Positions 18,218 through 27,890 of a DNA stretch of 64,000 nt are shown in pieces. Position 1 is the stretch's first letter, and each line of letters begins with the position of its first letter. The stretch is from a virus (taxonomy: Duplodnaviria; Heunggongvirae; Uroviricota; Caudoviricetes): IMG/VR virus record IMGVR_UViG_3300042892_003817, one strand, 5' to 3'. Under the pieces are notes generated by a model. The model was not told where the DNA came from and did not search any database. It saw only the letters and a list, made by a program, of their open reading frames with translations. The position numbers were made by a program, and so were the translations under genes.

Positions 18218-18858
18218 CGTGTGTATATCTCGAACTTAGATAAGTCTGGGTAAGGTAATTCTAAATCAGCATTATGTTTCTTAGTACCGTCTAGTGTGTA
18301 GAATTGATTCATTAATAACATTCCTCTTGCTGCTAACTCTGGCATCATATAGAAATTCCATCCTAACATATCCAAATCATCTTCGTGGTACGAACATTCT
18401 CTTCTTCCACTATACCTAGCTCTCTTAAACCACAAGTAAGCCTCTTCGCTATCTGTCAGTATTGCTCCTCCTTTAGATAATTTAAAATGCTTATAAGGTC
18501 CTGTAAAAGATATACACATATGAGTTCCTTGCTTATACATGTCTGCTGTAAACGATAAAGCAGAGTCCCATACATTACTTCCTTTTAGATTATAAGCTCC
18601 TTTAATAGTTCTTCCCTCTACTATTTCAAACTCTACTCTTAATCCAGCATGAATAATCTCACATGGTACTGAAGGGTATGTTCTGTTTGGTATTTTTATT
18701 GTAGGAGATGTTATGCTCTTTTTTACATAGTTCTCGTAATATAGTGCTAAGAAAAGTCCGTTACTCATATTATCTAAAGTAATTACATACTTTGCTCCTG
18801 TATAATCTCCTAAGGCTTTTTCAAAGTCTTCTGTTATTTTATAGATTCCGTTTGACAT
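18214..18858 (-). CDS. minimal DegT/DnrJ-like PLP-dependent enzyme (214 aa, about 60% of normal length)
   Basis: FEKALGDYTGAKYVITLDNMSNGLFLAL and SFTGPYKHFKLSKGGA parallel the DegT N-terminal and lysine motifs. Confidence 0.4.
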   Translation of the reverse strand: MSNGIYKITEDFEKALGDYTGAKYVITLDNMSNGLFLALYYENYVKKSITSPTIKIPNRTYPSVPCEIIHAGLRVEFEIVEGRTIKGAYNLKGSNVWDSALSFTADMYKQGTHMCISFTGPYKHFKLSKGGAILTDSEEAYLWFKRARYSGRRECSYHEDDLDMLGWNFYMMPELAARGMLLMNQFYTLDGTKKHNADLELPYPDLSKFEIYTR

Positions 18859-19826
18859 TCTCTTAATGTATTAAATTCGTTTTTAAAAGTTTCTACAACT
18901 ATAGTACTTAAATGTGTTTTCTGTACATTCTCTAAAGCTTTTCTTCCGACTTCTTTACAGAATTCATCATCAGTAGAAAGTGTTTTAATACATTTCTTAA
19001 ATCCTTCGTAGTCGTCCCATTCGAAAGAAGTGTCTGGAAATATATTTCTCTGAGCATCTAGTTGAATATTACCTACCATAGGTACTCCGAGTGATCCAAA
19101 GTCTACTGCTGTTTGTCCTGCTGAAAAGTCCCTATGAATATCTACTCCAAATCTTGAAGTATAAGCAGTGGATAAAAACTCATCATGCTGCATATAGTTT
19201 AATTTTTTAAAACCTGGCATAGAGTACGAGTCTGGTAGTGGTAACATTCTTCCAATGTGAGGAGTTCTATCATAATGCATAGTATACACTTCTAATTCTT
19301 TAGGAACACTATCGTATACTAACTTGTGAGAGATCATACCTCTCTGATATCCCTTACAGGGATTAACTATAAACACATAGTTCCCTAAATGTTCTCTAGC
19401 TGATTCTGCGAAATGCCTAGTGCAGGGCGGTACCTTTATACTATTTTCTATAAACACTTTCATCATACGTTTTTCGTATTCATTAGAGCATAGGTATGCT
19501 TTTGCTTTAGACAGTATCTTTATATACATTTCTTGTTCTGGAGCTGACCAATCTAACCAGTCCCATACGGATCCTTCCTGTACAATATACACTTCATTAC
19601 CTTCTGTAAGACTATCGGCAATCTTTAACTTAGCCAACTCATCGTGAACAGGAGTGTTTATTACGATAATATTTCCAGTACCTTTTATTACATTAGGAAT
19701 ATCTCTCCAGTTTAAGATATACCAAGGAGCTAGCTCTATGTATGCTTGTGGAAAGCGATGACGTTCGTAACTGTAATGCCCTGGGCTTACATGCCAATCA
19801 CTTATGTAGTATACTTTTTTATCCAT
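18834..19826 (-). CDS. hypothetical protein, possibly a GT-B-like glycosyltransferase (330 aa)
   Basis: Operon position; weak DFGSLGVPMVGN resemblance to GT-B C-terminal motifs. Confidence 0.35.
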   Translation of the reverse strand: MDKKVYYISDWHVSPGHYSYERHRFPQAYIELAPWYILNWRDIPNVIKGTGNIIVINTPVHDELAKLKIADSLTEGNEVYIVQEGSVWDWLDWSAPEQEMYIKILSKAKAYLCSNEYEKRMMKVFIENSIKVPPCTRHFAESAREHLGNYVFIVNPCKGYQRGMISHKLVYDSVPKELEVYTMHYDRTPHIGRMLPLPDSYSMPGFKKLNYMQHDEFLSTAYTSRFGVDIHRDFSAGQTAVDFGSLGVPMVGNIQLDAQRNIFPDTSFEWDDYEGFKKCIKTLSTDDEFCKEVGRKALENVQKTHLSTIVVETFKNEFNTLRECQTESIK

Positions 19827-19842
19827 AACTTGTTTTATTATA

Positions 19843-20544
19843 TTAGTTTTTAACTAGACCTCTTTCACATTCGTATAACCAATCGGAATCCATGTAAGTA
19901 TTTGAAAGATAGCTCATACGTTCTACTCCATATGTCTGTGTAATTTTCCACCCCAGCATTGATTGTTGCATATTACCCATAGGACCTATTGGCATATTCT
20001 CTCCTGGCTCTTCCCATACTACTTCAAAGTCATTTATATCTCTTAGATATTTTCTTACTGTACATAGGAAGCTTTCTCTAAAGGTATAGGCCATTCCTTC
20101 TTTCTGGAAGTAGTGAAGACTCTCCGGACGTGATACTTCTAGTACTGTACGTGGAAAGAACTCCTCATCGTAGATTCTAGTTGGAGACATATAGTCTGGG
20201 TAATTCATTCCATTACCTACGAAGGCAGCTCCTTGCTCTAACCTTCCTATGCATTCATTAATGAATCCCCAATCCTTAACTATGATATCGTCATGCATTA
20301 AGAACAAAATAGTATCGTCAGCAATATCTAGGTAATCTAATGCTTGTTGATAAGCTCCATCCTCTAGTCCTAAGTTAGGAAACACTTTATATTCGAAGTT
20401 AGCTTTAACTGACTCTGAAGGCTCTCTATGACATGACCAAAAGATGTTTATTGAATCTTTATTTGCCTCTTGCAATTCAATTAATTCCTGTACTAATTCC
20501 GGGTATAGGTCAAAGTGCCACCCTACTATTATAAACTGTATCAT
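19843..20544 (-). CDS. hypothetical protein in the sugar operon (233 aa)
   Basis: ORF overlapping its neighbours. Confidence 0.4.
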   Translation of the reverse strand: MIQFIIVGWHFDLYPELVQELIELQEANKDSINIFWSCHREPSESVKANFEYKVFPNLGLEDGAYQQALDYLDIADDTILFLMHDDIIVKDWGFINECIGRLEQGAAFVGNGMNYPDYMSPTRIYDEEFFPRTVLEVSRPESLHYFQKEGMAYTFRESFLCTVRKYLRDINDFEVVWEEPGENMPIGPMGNMQQSMLGWKITQTYGVERMSYLSNTYMDSDWLYECERGLVKN

Positions 20545-21143
20545 AAACTATATTTTTTGGTGTTAAAGATTATACTACAAGAGTATTTTTGATTAGGTGT
20601 GAGTAGTTGGTACCCTACTTGTTCTTTAATGTCTGTAATTTTTACTTTGTTTAGATTATTCATCCATTCAACATCGTCTCTTACTTGTGAACCTCCTTCA
20701 AAGATTACTACTGAGCCTTTTTCAATATTACTCTTGCATCCGTTATACATTTCCAGTACCTTATCTCCATCATTGTCTATGTCAAAGTACAGTAAATCAA
20801 ACTCTTTACTAGGGTCGTCACAAAATTTAAAAAAGTCCCCATAGTCCACTTTTACATAGTCTTGTAATCCGTAGTGAGCTATATTATCCACTGCTACTTT
20901 ATAGTTCGGTGATGAGCCTATTTCCCCTTTACTTTGTTTTTCAAAAGTATCATATGTGAATACAATTCCTTGATGCTGTTCCTGTTCGTACAACTCTTTC
21001 AATGCAAGTCCCATTACTATAGCCGTGCCTGCATGCTCTGTTCCGTACTCTATGACTACCTTAGGCTTTATATCAAGTACCATACTGTACAACGTCTCCA
21101 GCCAAGGATATTTGTGTTGCGGTAATATATTTGCATATTTCAT
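20541..21143 (-). CDS. class I SAM-dependent methyltransferase (O-methyltransferase-like, 200 aa)
   Basis: VIEYGTEHAGTAI (motif I-like) and LLYFDIDN (motif post-II). Confidence 0.5.
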   Translation of the reverse strand: MKYANILPQHKYPWLETLYSMVLDIKPKVVIEYGTEHAGTAIVMGLALKELYEQEQHQGIVFTYDTFEKQSKGEIGSSPNYKVAVDNIAHYGLQDYVKVDYGDFFKFCDDPSKEFDLLYFDIDNDGDKVLEMYNGCKSNIEKGSVVIFEGGSQVRDDVEWMNNLNKVKITDIKEQVGYQLLTPNQKYSCSIIFNTKKYSL

Positions 21144-21149
21144 ATCTGT

Positions 21150-21374
21150 CTACTCTTGTTTAAAAACTTCTATACATAAAACATTCTTATCATTTATCAT
21201 AATCCAAGTACCGTCCTTTTGTTTAAACTTTGTGAACTGTCCTTGCCTGATTGACGTAGATACTACATCTGTAAATGTTCTCTTCTCTCCTCCTACAAAG
21301 TGTATAATCTGAGTTGTTAATTCTCCTACTGCTTCTGTAACTGATGATTTTAAATCTACTTTAGTATCTACCAT
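21150..21374 (-). CDS. hypothetical protein (74 aa)
   Basis: ORF. Confidence 0.35.
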   Translation of the reverse strand: MVDTKVDLKSSVTEAVGELTTQIIHFVGGEKRTFTDVVSTSIRQGQFTKFKQKDGTWIMINDKNVLCIEVFKQE

Positions 21375-22567
21375 CCTTGTTTAATTAAATCTACTATGTA
21401 CTGTCTCTCTTCCTCTGTTACCCACCACCCTACTGGTATGCATATCATATCTTTTGATACTAAATCTACATTAGGAAGAGGAGCTAAGAATTCTCTTGTA
21501 CAAGTATGCTTATCATTTCTTTCATGAACTCTAGAAGTAGCCACTCCGTTCTCAGACATATACTTCATAAAAGCATCTCTGTTCTCTACTCTCATAGTAT
21601 ATAGCCAGTAAGCTGATTCTTTTCTAGGATCATTCTCCAATAGAGTAACTCCTTTTACTCCTTGCAATTCTTTATTATAGAAAGCTCCATTTGCTTTATG
21701 CTTTGATATAATCTCTTCTGCATGATTTAGATTTGAGAGTCCTACTGTTGCACAGATATCATTCATATGGAATTTAAAACCCCACTCAGGAATATCTGAT
21801 TCACATCTAAAGTCTGATCTAGGACCTTCTCTATCAATACCGTACCATCTAGTTAGTTTTGCTCTTTTGTTTAATTCTATGAAAGGTGATGTCCAGAATC
21901 CTCCATCTACAGATGTTATATGTTTAATTGCTTGTAATGAGAATGTAGTAATAGTTTCGAATGTGCCGATGTTCTTTCCATCTAATTTACTTCCCATAGC
22001 ATGAGCAGCATCATCCATAATCATAAAAGGAAAGCCGTACTTCTCTCTATATCTTTTTTGAATAGCTTGAAGTTCTACTAAGTCTACTGGATATCCTCCC
22101 CAGTGTACTACGGCTACAATTTTAGTCTTCTCTGTTAATTTACTCTCTAAATCCTTTAAGCAAATATTCATTGTAGTAGGTTCCACATCTACCCATTTGA
22201 TCTTTAATCCATTTGCTAAAATAGGCCAATTGGTTGCTGTACAAGTCAACGCTGTTGTTAATACTTCATCCCCTTCTTCAAGTCCTGGCCAGTTCTCTGT
22301 TACCATAGCCGCTCCATCAAATCCTATTGATATTTTAGAAGGCTTTTTTAATAAATGGTATGCTAAATGTTCTGCTGATGTTGCTGAATTGTAAGTAATT
22401 ACCTCTGAGTTATCTACTTTAAGGAAGTTTTGTAATTTCTTTTCAAGCTCATTAACTTTAGGTCCCTGTCCGATAAAACCGCTATTAAGTACTTCACCCA
22501 CTTCTGCTGCTGCTGTTGGTGACATAAATACTTTAAACAGATCAATTTGTTTGTTTATTTTTTTCAT
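21368..22567 (-). CDS. DegT/DnrJ/EryC1/StrS-family PLP-dependent sugar aminotransferase (399 aa)
   Basis: NSATSAEHLAYHLL and FSLQAIKHITSVDGG (PLP-lysine) motifs at full DegT length. Confidence 0.8.
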   Translation of the reverse strand: MKKINKQIDLFKVFMSPTAAAEVGEVLNSGFIGQGPKVNELEKKLQNFLKVDNSEVITYNSATSAEHLAYHLLKKPSKISIGFDGAAMVTENWPGLEEGDEVLTTALTCTATNWPILANGLKIKWVDVEPTTMNICLKDLESKLTEKTKIVAVVHWGGYPVDLVELQAIQKRYREKYGFPFMIMDDAAHAMGSKLDGKNIGTFETITTFSLQAIKHITSVDGGFWTSPFIELNKRAKLTRWYGIDREGPRSDFRCESDIPEWGFKFHMNDICATVGLSNLNHAEEIISKHKANGAFYNKELQGVKGVTLLENDPRKESAYWLYTMRVENRDAFMKYMSENGVATSRVHERNDKHTCTREFLAPLPNVDLVSKDMICIPVGWWVTEEERQYIVDLIKQGW

Positions 22568-23178
22568 AATGTATCGTAGTAGTTGTTTTGTTTCTCTTGT
22601 CTGTCAATTGTCTTTGGATGGTACAAAGCCCATTCCTCTTCTACTGGAAGCATGCCATGGATCTTAAATCCTTCTAGTACTTCATGTACCTTATTAACCC
22701 ATTTAATGTAAGGAACATTCTTATAGATTCTCATTTGCCAATCAGCCCAGTTCACCCATCCTTTTTCATTTACATTCCATCCCCACTTCTGAATATGTTC
22801 TTGAGTTAGTCCTTCTACAGTATTTACTCTAGGTATTCTGAGCATATCAACATCGTTAGTCTCTAACAGTGTAGGTAGGTTTTGAATTAAATTGAGATGA
22901 GGAATCTCATCAGCATCTATTTGGAAGATATAATTTCCTGTACAATGTGAAGTCAGTAAGTTCTTCCAATCGGCAAAGTGTCCTTCGAATTTTTCACAGA
23001 AGACTTCACAGTCGTGTACTTGAGATTCTATATAATCAAATACTTCATCTGTTCCGTTCTTCTCATCAAACAAGATTACTATCTCGTCTTCTTTTCGTTT
23101 ATGTGAAAGGAGGAAGTTGACTAGTCTTTTCACTTCCTCCAATTCATTACAAACTGTTATTGCATAACTTATTTTCAT
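22564..23178 (-). CDS. family 2 glycosyltransferase, small GT-A (204 aa)
   Basis: MKISYAITVCNE and QIDADE (DXD) motifs. Confidence 0.55.
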   Translation of the reverse strand: MKISYAITVCNELEEVKRLVNFLLSHKRKEDEIVILFDEKNGTDEVFDYIESQVHDCEVFCEKFEGHFADWKNLLTSHCTGNYIFQIDADEIPHLNLIQNLPTLLETNDVDMLRIPRVNTVEGLTQEHIQKWGWNVNEKGWVNWADWQMRIYKNVPYIKWVNKVHEVLEGFKIHGMLPVEEEWALYHPKTIDRQEKQNNYYDTL

Positions 23179-23196
23179 ACTGTAAATATACGAAAT

Positions 23197-23655
23197 CTAT
23201 TTTGATTCTGCAACTTCTACATCAAAGAAGTTTATAGCATCTAATGCTTCCATGAAGTCTTCTTTCTCAAAATGTTTAATATTTTTCATATCCATTTTAG
23301 TTGTTTGACCTTTTGGGAACTTAGATTTCTCTTCTTCTAAAATCTCTATAGAGTTTACTGCAGCCCATTTCCAATTCTCTTTTGCTGTACCATCTAAGAA
23401 TACCATTCCCTTACCAGGAAGAGTAACTGTTGAAGGGAACCATACTCTCTTATCTTCGTCAATAAACATAAGATCTTTATAAAGTTCTGGTGATGCTTCT
23501 AGTGTTTTTGCTACTAGATCTCCTCCTTCAACCATTAGAGTTGAAGTTGAATATCCACAACCAAAGCAAAAGCTTGTTGTTACTTCTTCTGTTACTGCTT
23601 GTTCATAGCAAGCATTTCCTCCACAGTGTGGACAGATTGACATTTTTTCTTCCAT
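23197..23655 (-). CDS. zinc-ribbon protein (152 aa)
   Basis: CPHCGG...CFGCG four-Cys arrangement. Confidence 0.4.
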   Translation of the reverse strand: MEEKMSICPHCGGNACYEQAVTEEVTTSFCFGCGYSTSTLMVEGGDLVAKTLEASPELYKDLMFIDEDKRVWFPSTVTLPGKGMVFLDGTAKENWKWAAVNSIEILEEEKSKFPKGQTTKMDMKNIKHFEKEDFMEALDAINFFDVEVAESK

Positions 23656-24968
23656 TATTCTATTTTTTTAAGCCTTGGTATTTCAACTTTATTAGCCTGT
23701 GGTAATTCTATTTTCTTAAGCGTAGGTAGCTTTAACTGTACTTGCTTAGGGAACTCAGGAATGTACTGTGTTAGAAGGTTATCTAGCGTCTCTCTCATCT
23801 TCTCATAAGAGAACTCAGTTCTGCTCTTATGACCCTGTCTCTTTGCTAATTCCTTATATGGTTTATAATCTTCAAAGACATCTTTTAATGCCTTGCCTAC
23901 TAGCATATCATCCGGTGTAAACCATTGACTTTCTCTTAGTATCATCTTATCAATTGCAGCTGAAGGATGTACGTTTGTGAGTTGACCTCCTATTTGTTTT
24001 GTAAATTTATTATCTAAGAAGTCTGTATGACCTGACCATCCTGATACTATAATTGGTTTGTTTACTAAACTAAACTCTAATAAAGGTCTTCCAAATCCTT
24101 CTCCTTTTGTTAGAGAGATCATTGCTTTTACTTTACCGTGATTGTATAGCTCATTCATCTCAGCATCAGATAGCTCTCCATGTAGAAGATGTATGTTTGG
24201 TAACTTTCCTTTTACAGTTTTTTTTATTTCATCAATTTTATCCAATACAGCTTCTCTATCCATAATAGATGTTCCTGATCCTGCTTGTACTTTTAAAAGA
24301 AGTGCTGGTGCTGATTTCTTATTCTTAAATGTTTCAAGGAATGCTTTGATAGTGTATCCAATATTCTTTCTATCCTCTCCAAGTACTCCCGGTAGCCAAT
24401 GTCCTACTACTAAAAAGCAAAACATTTCATCGATACTATCTAAGTCTAGTTTTACTGGCCATGCCAATGGCATATACTTCTCTATATTAGCTCCTTCAAA
24501 TACTACTTCAACTTTAGTTTTTAATTCAACTACTCCTGTTACTTGACCTGTTTTTTCATCTTGTATATTGAATTTACTTTCTTCAAATACTTTCTTAGCA
24601 TGTTGTGCTGATACAATAACTAAGTCCATATTGTTACATCCCTGTACCCAGGAAGGATCACAAAGTGTAGTCTCAATACCAGCTGTTACTCCAATATTAT
24701 ATTTACCGACCTTTTGGAATTCATTCGGTACTGTAATTTGAATCCAGATGTCTGGTTGTTGTGTTAGTTGTGTAATAACTCTAGAGTGTAGAGATTCATT
24801 TCCGTGATCTTTTAAGTATCCAAATCTAGTATTACCCCATCTCTGTGATAATATTCTAACATCATACTTATCTGTATCGATAATCGATTGTACAAAGTCT
24901 CTGGCTCTTGCTCCGTATCCTGAATATGTATCGATAGGGCAGCTTACTACTAATGTAGGTTTACTCAT
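23655..24968 (-). CDS. GT-B fold glycosyltransferase (GT4-like, 437 aa)
   Basis: C-terminal EGFGRPLLEFSLVNKPIIVSGWSGHTDFL matches the GT4 E-x7-E nucleotide-sugar binding motif. Confidence 0.65.
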   Translation of the reverse strand: MSKPTLVVSCPIDTYSGYGARARDFVQSIIDTDKYDVRILSQRWGNTRFGYLKDHGNESLHSRVITQLTQQPDIWIQITVPNEFQKVGKYNIGVTAGIETTLCDPSWVQGCNNMDLVIVSAQHAKKVFEESKFNIQDEKTGQVTGVVELKTKVEVVFEGANIEKYMPLAWPVKLDLDSIDEMFCFLVVGHWLPGVLGEDRKNIGYTIKAFLETFKNKKSAPALLLKVQAGSGTSIMDREAVLDKIDEIKKTVKGKLPNIHLLHGELSDAEMNELYNHGKVKAMISLTKGEGFGRPLLEFSLVNKPIIVSGWSGHTDFLDNKFTKQIGGQLTNVHPSAAIDKMILRESQWFTPDDMLVGKALKDVFEDYKPYKELAKRQGHKSRTEFSYEKMRETLDNLLTQYIPEFPKQVQLKLPTLKKIELPQANKVEIPRLKKIE

Positions 24969-24970
24969 AA

Positions 24971-26413
24971 CTAGTATATTAATTTATGTGTGATATATTT
25001 TTTTGGTCGGTCCTCTATTTTGTAAAGATCAAATCTAGTTCTAGGAACAAACTTCTCAAATGTTTCATCCATTGAATCAAGTACATTCTCACACATCTGA
25101 CGTGCTGACATTCCTGATTCATCTGATGTTACCCATTCTCTTGCTAGTGCTCCTCTTCTGTTTCTTTCCTCTTTACCCATGTTGTAAACTTCTTCTAAAG
25201 CTTTAGCTACATCTTCTGGTCGACATCTATCATCAAAGATATAAGGAGTTGGAACTGAGCCTACCATTGAAATGTTTGAAGGGAATACAGGGACTGCCCA
25301 CTCACCACACTCCTTATATGTTCCTCTATGATTAGAAGGGAAGTCTGAAGTGAAGTCAATCCACTTACCGTTCTCATCTGTAAATCTCATTTGATCTTGC
25401 ATACCACCTGTTACGTTGGCAATAATCATCTTACCAGCCATCATAGTTTCAGTTAAAGACAACCCCCATCCTTCATTTGAAGTGATAAGCATTCCAACGT
25501 CTGCTATATTATACAGTAAGTTCATATGTGGAGTATCTAATCTCTCTTGTGAGAAGAATACATTTACATAACTGTCATCACAAATTGCTTCTCTTACTGC
25601 ATAAAGATCTGTACCATTTTCATCTACAGCTTGTGTATGCATTACAAGGGCACATTTCTTAGCTTTCTCTTCTCCGATCAAATCACAGAACATTCTATAA
25701 GAAAGAATTACATCTCCTGGAGATTTTCTTCTAATGTTTCTAGAGTTGAAGAATGCTACGAACTCGATATCTTTTCCTTGGAATAAGTCTTTCTTAAATT
25801 TACCTAGTGTTTCTAATTCATCTACTGAAGTCATAGGAAAGAAATGCTTATCGTTTATTCCATGAGGAACATACTTAAGTAGCTTACCCTTAGCTGCTTC
25901 TCCTAAAACTATTTCATTAATATTTTTAGTTTGTTTTGAGATTGCCATCAATAAGTCACATGACTCGTAGTAAGGTTTATTATACAGAGGTGCTGGATAG
26001 TCATCCCAAATGTTTAAATACATTAAAGGAATTTCATTTCTAATCTCTCTTTCTATTTCAAACAACCAAGTCCAGTATCTTGGATCAGTAAATATAAAAA
26101 TAGCGTCTGGTTTTTCTTGAGCAATTAAATTTCTTATTTGCATAGCATCTCCATAACCATTGTTAGGAATTACCTTTACATCAGCATCTTCTATACCGTT
26201 TAACTTTCCTACCTCAGCTGAGATATTAAATGCTTTACCTGCTTCTGGATGATTGATAGCTGCTCCTAAATTGACCCAATTAAAGTGGTGAGATGTTCCT
26301 ACAACAATCTCTCTGGCCATAGTTGCGATACCGGAATGCATCCTAATATCATCGCATAACAAGAGAATCTTTTTACGATCCTCCTTCTTAACATAACGAA
26401 ATTTTTCTTTCAT
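24971..26413 (-). CDS. GT-B fold glycosyltransferase (GT4-like, 480 aa)
   Basis: SNEGWGLSLTETMMAGKMIIANVTGGMQDQM motif. Confidence 0.65.
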   Translation of the reverse strand: MKEKFRYVKKEDRKKILLLCDDIRMHSGIATMAREIVVGTSHHFNWVNLGAAINHPEAGKAFNISAEVGKLNGIEDADVKVIPNNGYGDAMQIRNLIAQEKPDAIFIFTDPRYWTWLFEIEREIRNEIPLMYLNIWDDYPAPLYNKPYYESCDLLMAISKQTKNINEIVLGEAAKGKLLKYVPHGINDKHFFPMTSVDELETLGKFKKDLFQGKDIEFVAFFNSRNIRRKSPGDVILSYRMFCDLIGEEKAKKCALVMHTQAVDENGTDLYAVREAICDDSYVNVFFSQERLDTPHMNLLYNIADVGMLITSNEGWGLSLTETMMAGKMIIANVTGGMQDQMRFTDENGKWIDFTSDFPSNHRGTYKECGEWAVPVFPSNISMVGSVPTPYIFDDRCRPEDVAKALEEVYNMGKEERNRRGALAREWVTSDESGMSARQMCENVLDSMDETFEKFVPRTRFDLYKIEDRPKKYITHKLIY

Positions 26414-26417
26414 GTAA

Positions 26418-26600
26418 CTATTTTAATTTAATATTTGTTTGTGTGTGTAACTTTTGCTTGAAGTTATCTTCTGTAAGATATAAAAAAATTGCTCTGTCTA
26501 CAAGCTTTTGTAGAGAAAATTTATGCCTTACGCACTGTTCTTTAAATTCCTGTAGAAGATCTTCTTCTACCTTAACCGATGTTAATTTTTTAGTGTTCAT
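26418..26600 (-). CDS. hypothetical protein (60 aa)
   Basis: ORF. Confidence 0.35.
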   Translation of the reverse strand: MNTKKLTSVKVEEDLLQEFKEQCVRHKFSLQKLVDRAIFLYLTEDNFKQKLHTQTNIKLK

Positions 26601-26635
26601 TGTTTATATAATTATATGTATATATAAATATACCC

Positions 26636-27577
26636 TTATCCTAAAACACCTGCATGACAGTGCTCTGTTCCTTTAAATTCACAGAACATACAATTTGATC
26701 TTGAAGGAGTCTTGTCGTACTCTTTATCGATGTACTGTCCATGACTATCAAAAGCATCGTTAATAAATTTTGTAAGTGCTGTAGTGGCTTGACCTCTTTT
26801 AATCTTTCCTGATGGAGGTACAAACTCTTGAACTCTTCTACCCATTGCTGCAAATTCTGGATCTTTAGGAACCTTTCTCTTTACAATAAAATATTTTACA
26901 TCTACCTTATCAACATCTATATCAAATTGTCTTGCTAGGAATTCTTTATAAAGAAGTAACTGTGCTAGCTTTTTATCATCTTTCTTTGCGTAGTCATTCC
27001 ATCCTGAAGTTGATGTTTTGATATCTAAAATGATATACTTATCGTCTTGGTCATCGTAGAGAACAATATCGATATACCCTTTGAAGAAAACATTGTCAGA
27101 TATTTTATGTATAAGAGGAATTTCTACTCCAACCAGCTTATAGTACTTGGTACCGAAGTAAACAGAGCGTTTCTTACGAACGTACTCTAGAATTTCAATA
27201 CCATCATTATGAAACTCAGAAAGCTCTTGAGAGGTAGAGAAATGTTTTCCGTACTTTTCTTTCTCGTGAGCATAAATTGTGTGCATTTTCTCCAGTAGAA
27301 GAGCATTCAAATTCATTTCATTTGACTTCTTTACTGTTCCTTCATAGAGTTCTGTTAACCATTCCTGCATTACTTCATGTACTGCTGTGCCAAAGACTGT
27401 ATGAATGGAAGGCTTATACTCTTGCAATCCTTTAACATATTTCAATGCCCATTGGTGTGGACAAGTATTGTATGCTAAGGTCTGACTATACGATATGGAT
27501 TTGCTGATATTGTAATCTATAACTGGATTACAGAAGTCTCTTATCAGGCTTACCTGTTTAAGAGTTTTTTTTACCAT
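26636..27577 (-). CDS. PD-(D/E)xK nuclease of the Cas4/RecB-like exonuclease family with a C-terminal Cys cluster (313 aa)
   Basis: GYIDIVLYDD...ILDIKTS (D...D/E-x-K), an N-terminal Cys and C-terminal CMFC-x7-C (Cas4-like 4Fe-4S ligands). Confidence 0.55.
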   Translation of the reverse strand: MVKKTLKQVSLIRDFCNPVIDYNISKSISYSQTLAYNTCPHQWALKYVKGLQEYKPSIHTVFGTAVHEVMQEWLTELYEGTVKKSNEMNLNALLLEKMHTIYAHEKEKYGKHFSTSQELSEFHNDGIEILEYVRKKRSVYFGTKYYKLVGVEIPLIHKISDNVFFKGYIDIVLYDDQDDKYIILDIKTSTSGWNDYAKKDDKKLAQLLLYKEFLARQFDIDVDKVDVKYFIVKRKVPKDPEFAAMGRRVQEFVPPSGKIKRGQATTALTKFINDAFDSHGQYIDKEYDKTPSRSNCMFCEFKGTEHCHAGVLG

Positions 27578-27827
27578 CCTTTAGTTTTTTGATTTCTCTT
27601 TCTAAGTACCATAAAGCTTTTTCAAGCTCTTGAACTGTAGCATCTTTCTTTCCAGCTCTGGCAATATACTTAACGGTATTTCCTAAACAGAAACCTAAAT
27701 TCCAGGCTTCAATAACTTTTATGGCTTCGTAGGGATTATCTTTTCCTCCGTAATGGTTTGGATGGTTTACTAGTTCTTTCTTTTGACTTGGCTCGTCAAT
27801 AGTAAAGATCGCTTCTCTGTCGTTCAT
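27558..27827 (-). CDS. DUF3310-family phage protein (89 aa)
   Basis: NHPNHYGG...IEAI...GNTVKYIARAGKK pattern. Confidence 0.45.
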   Translation of the reverse strand: MNDREAIFTIDEPSQKKELVNHPNHYGGKDNPYEAIKVIEAWNLGFCLGNTVKYIARAGKKDATVQELEKALWYLEREIKKLKDGKKNS

Positions 27828-27890
27828 AATAACATTTTTATATAACTATAATATAAGAAAAAAGGCCTGTAAAAACAAGCCTTATTTAAT

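Noticed and set aside
26641-26853. Nested minus-strand ORFs 26641..26853 (inside the Cas4-like nuclease), 39471..39824 (inside MazG) and 15009..15221 / 38232..38420 (overlapping both neighbours)
   Set aside because: They are in alternative frames of better-supported genes and have no independent signal. 15009..15221 and 38232..38420 are left unannotated or low priority.
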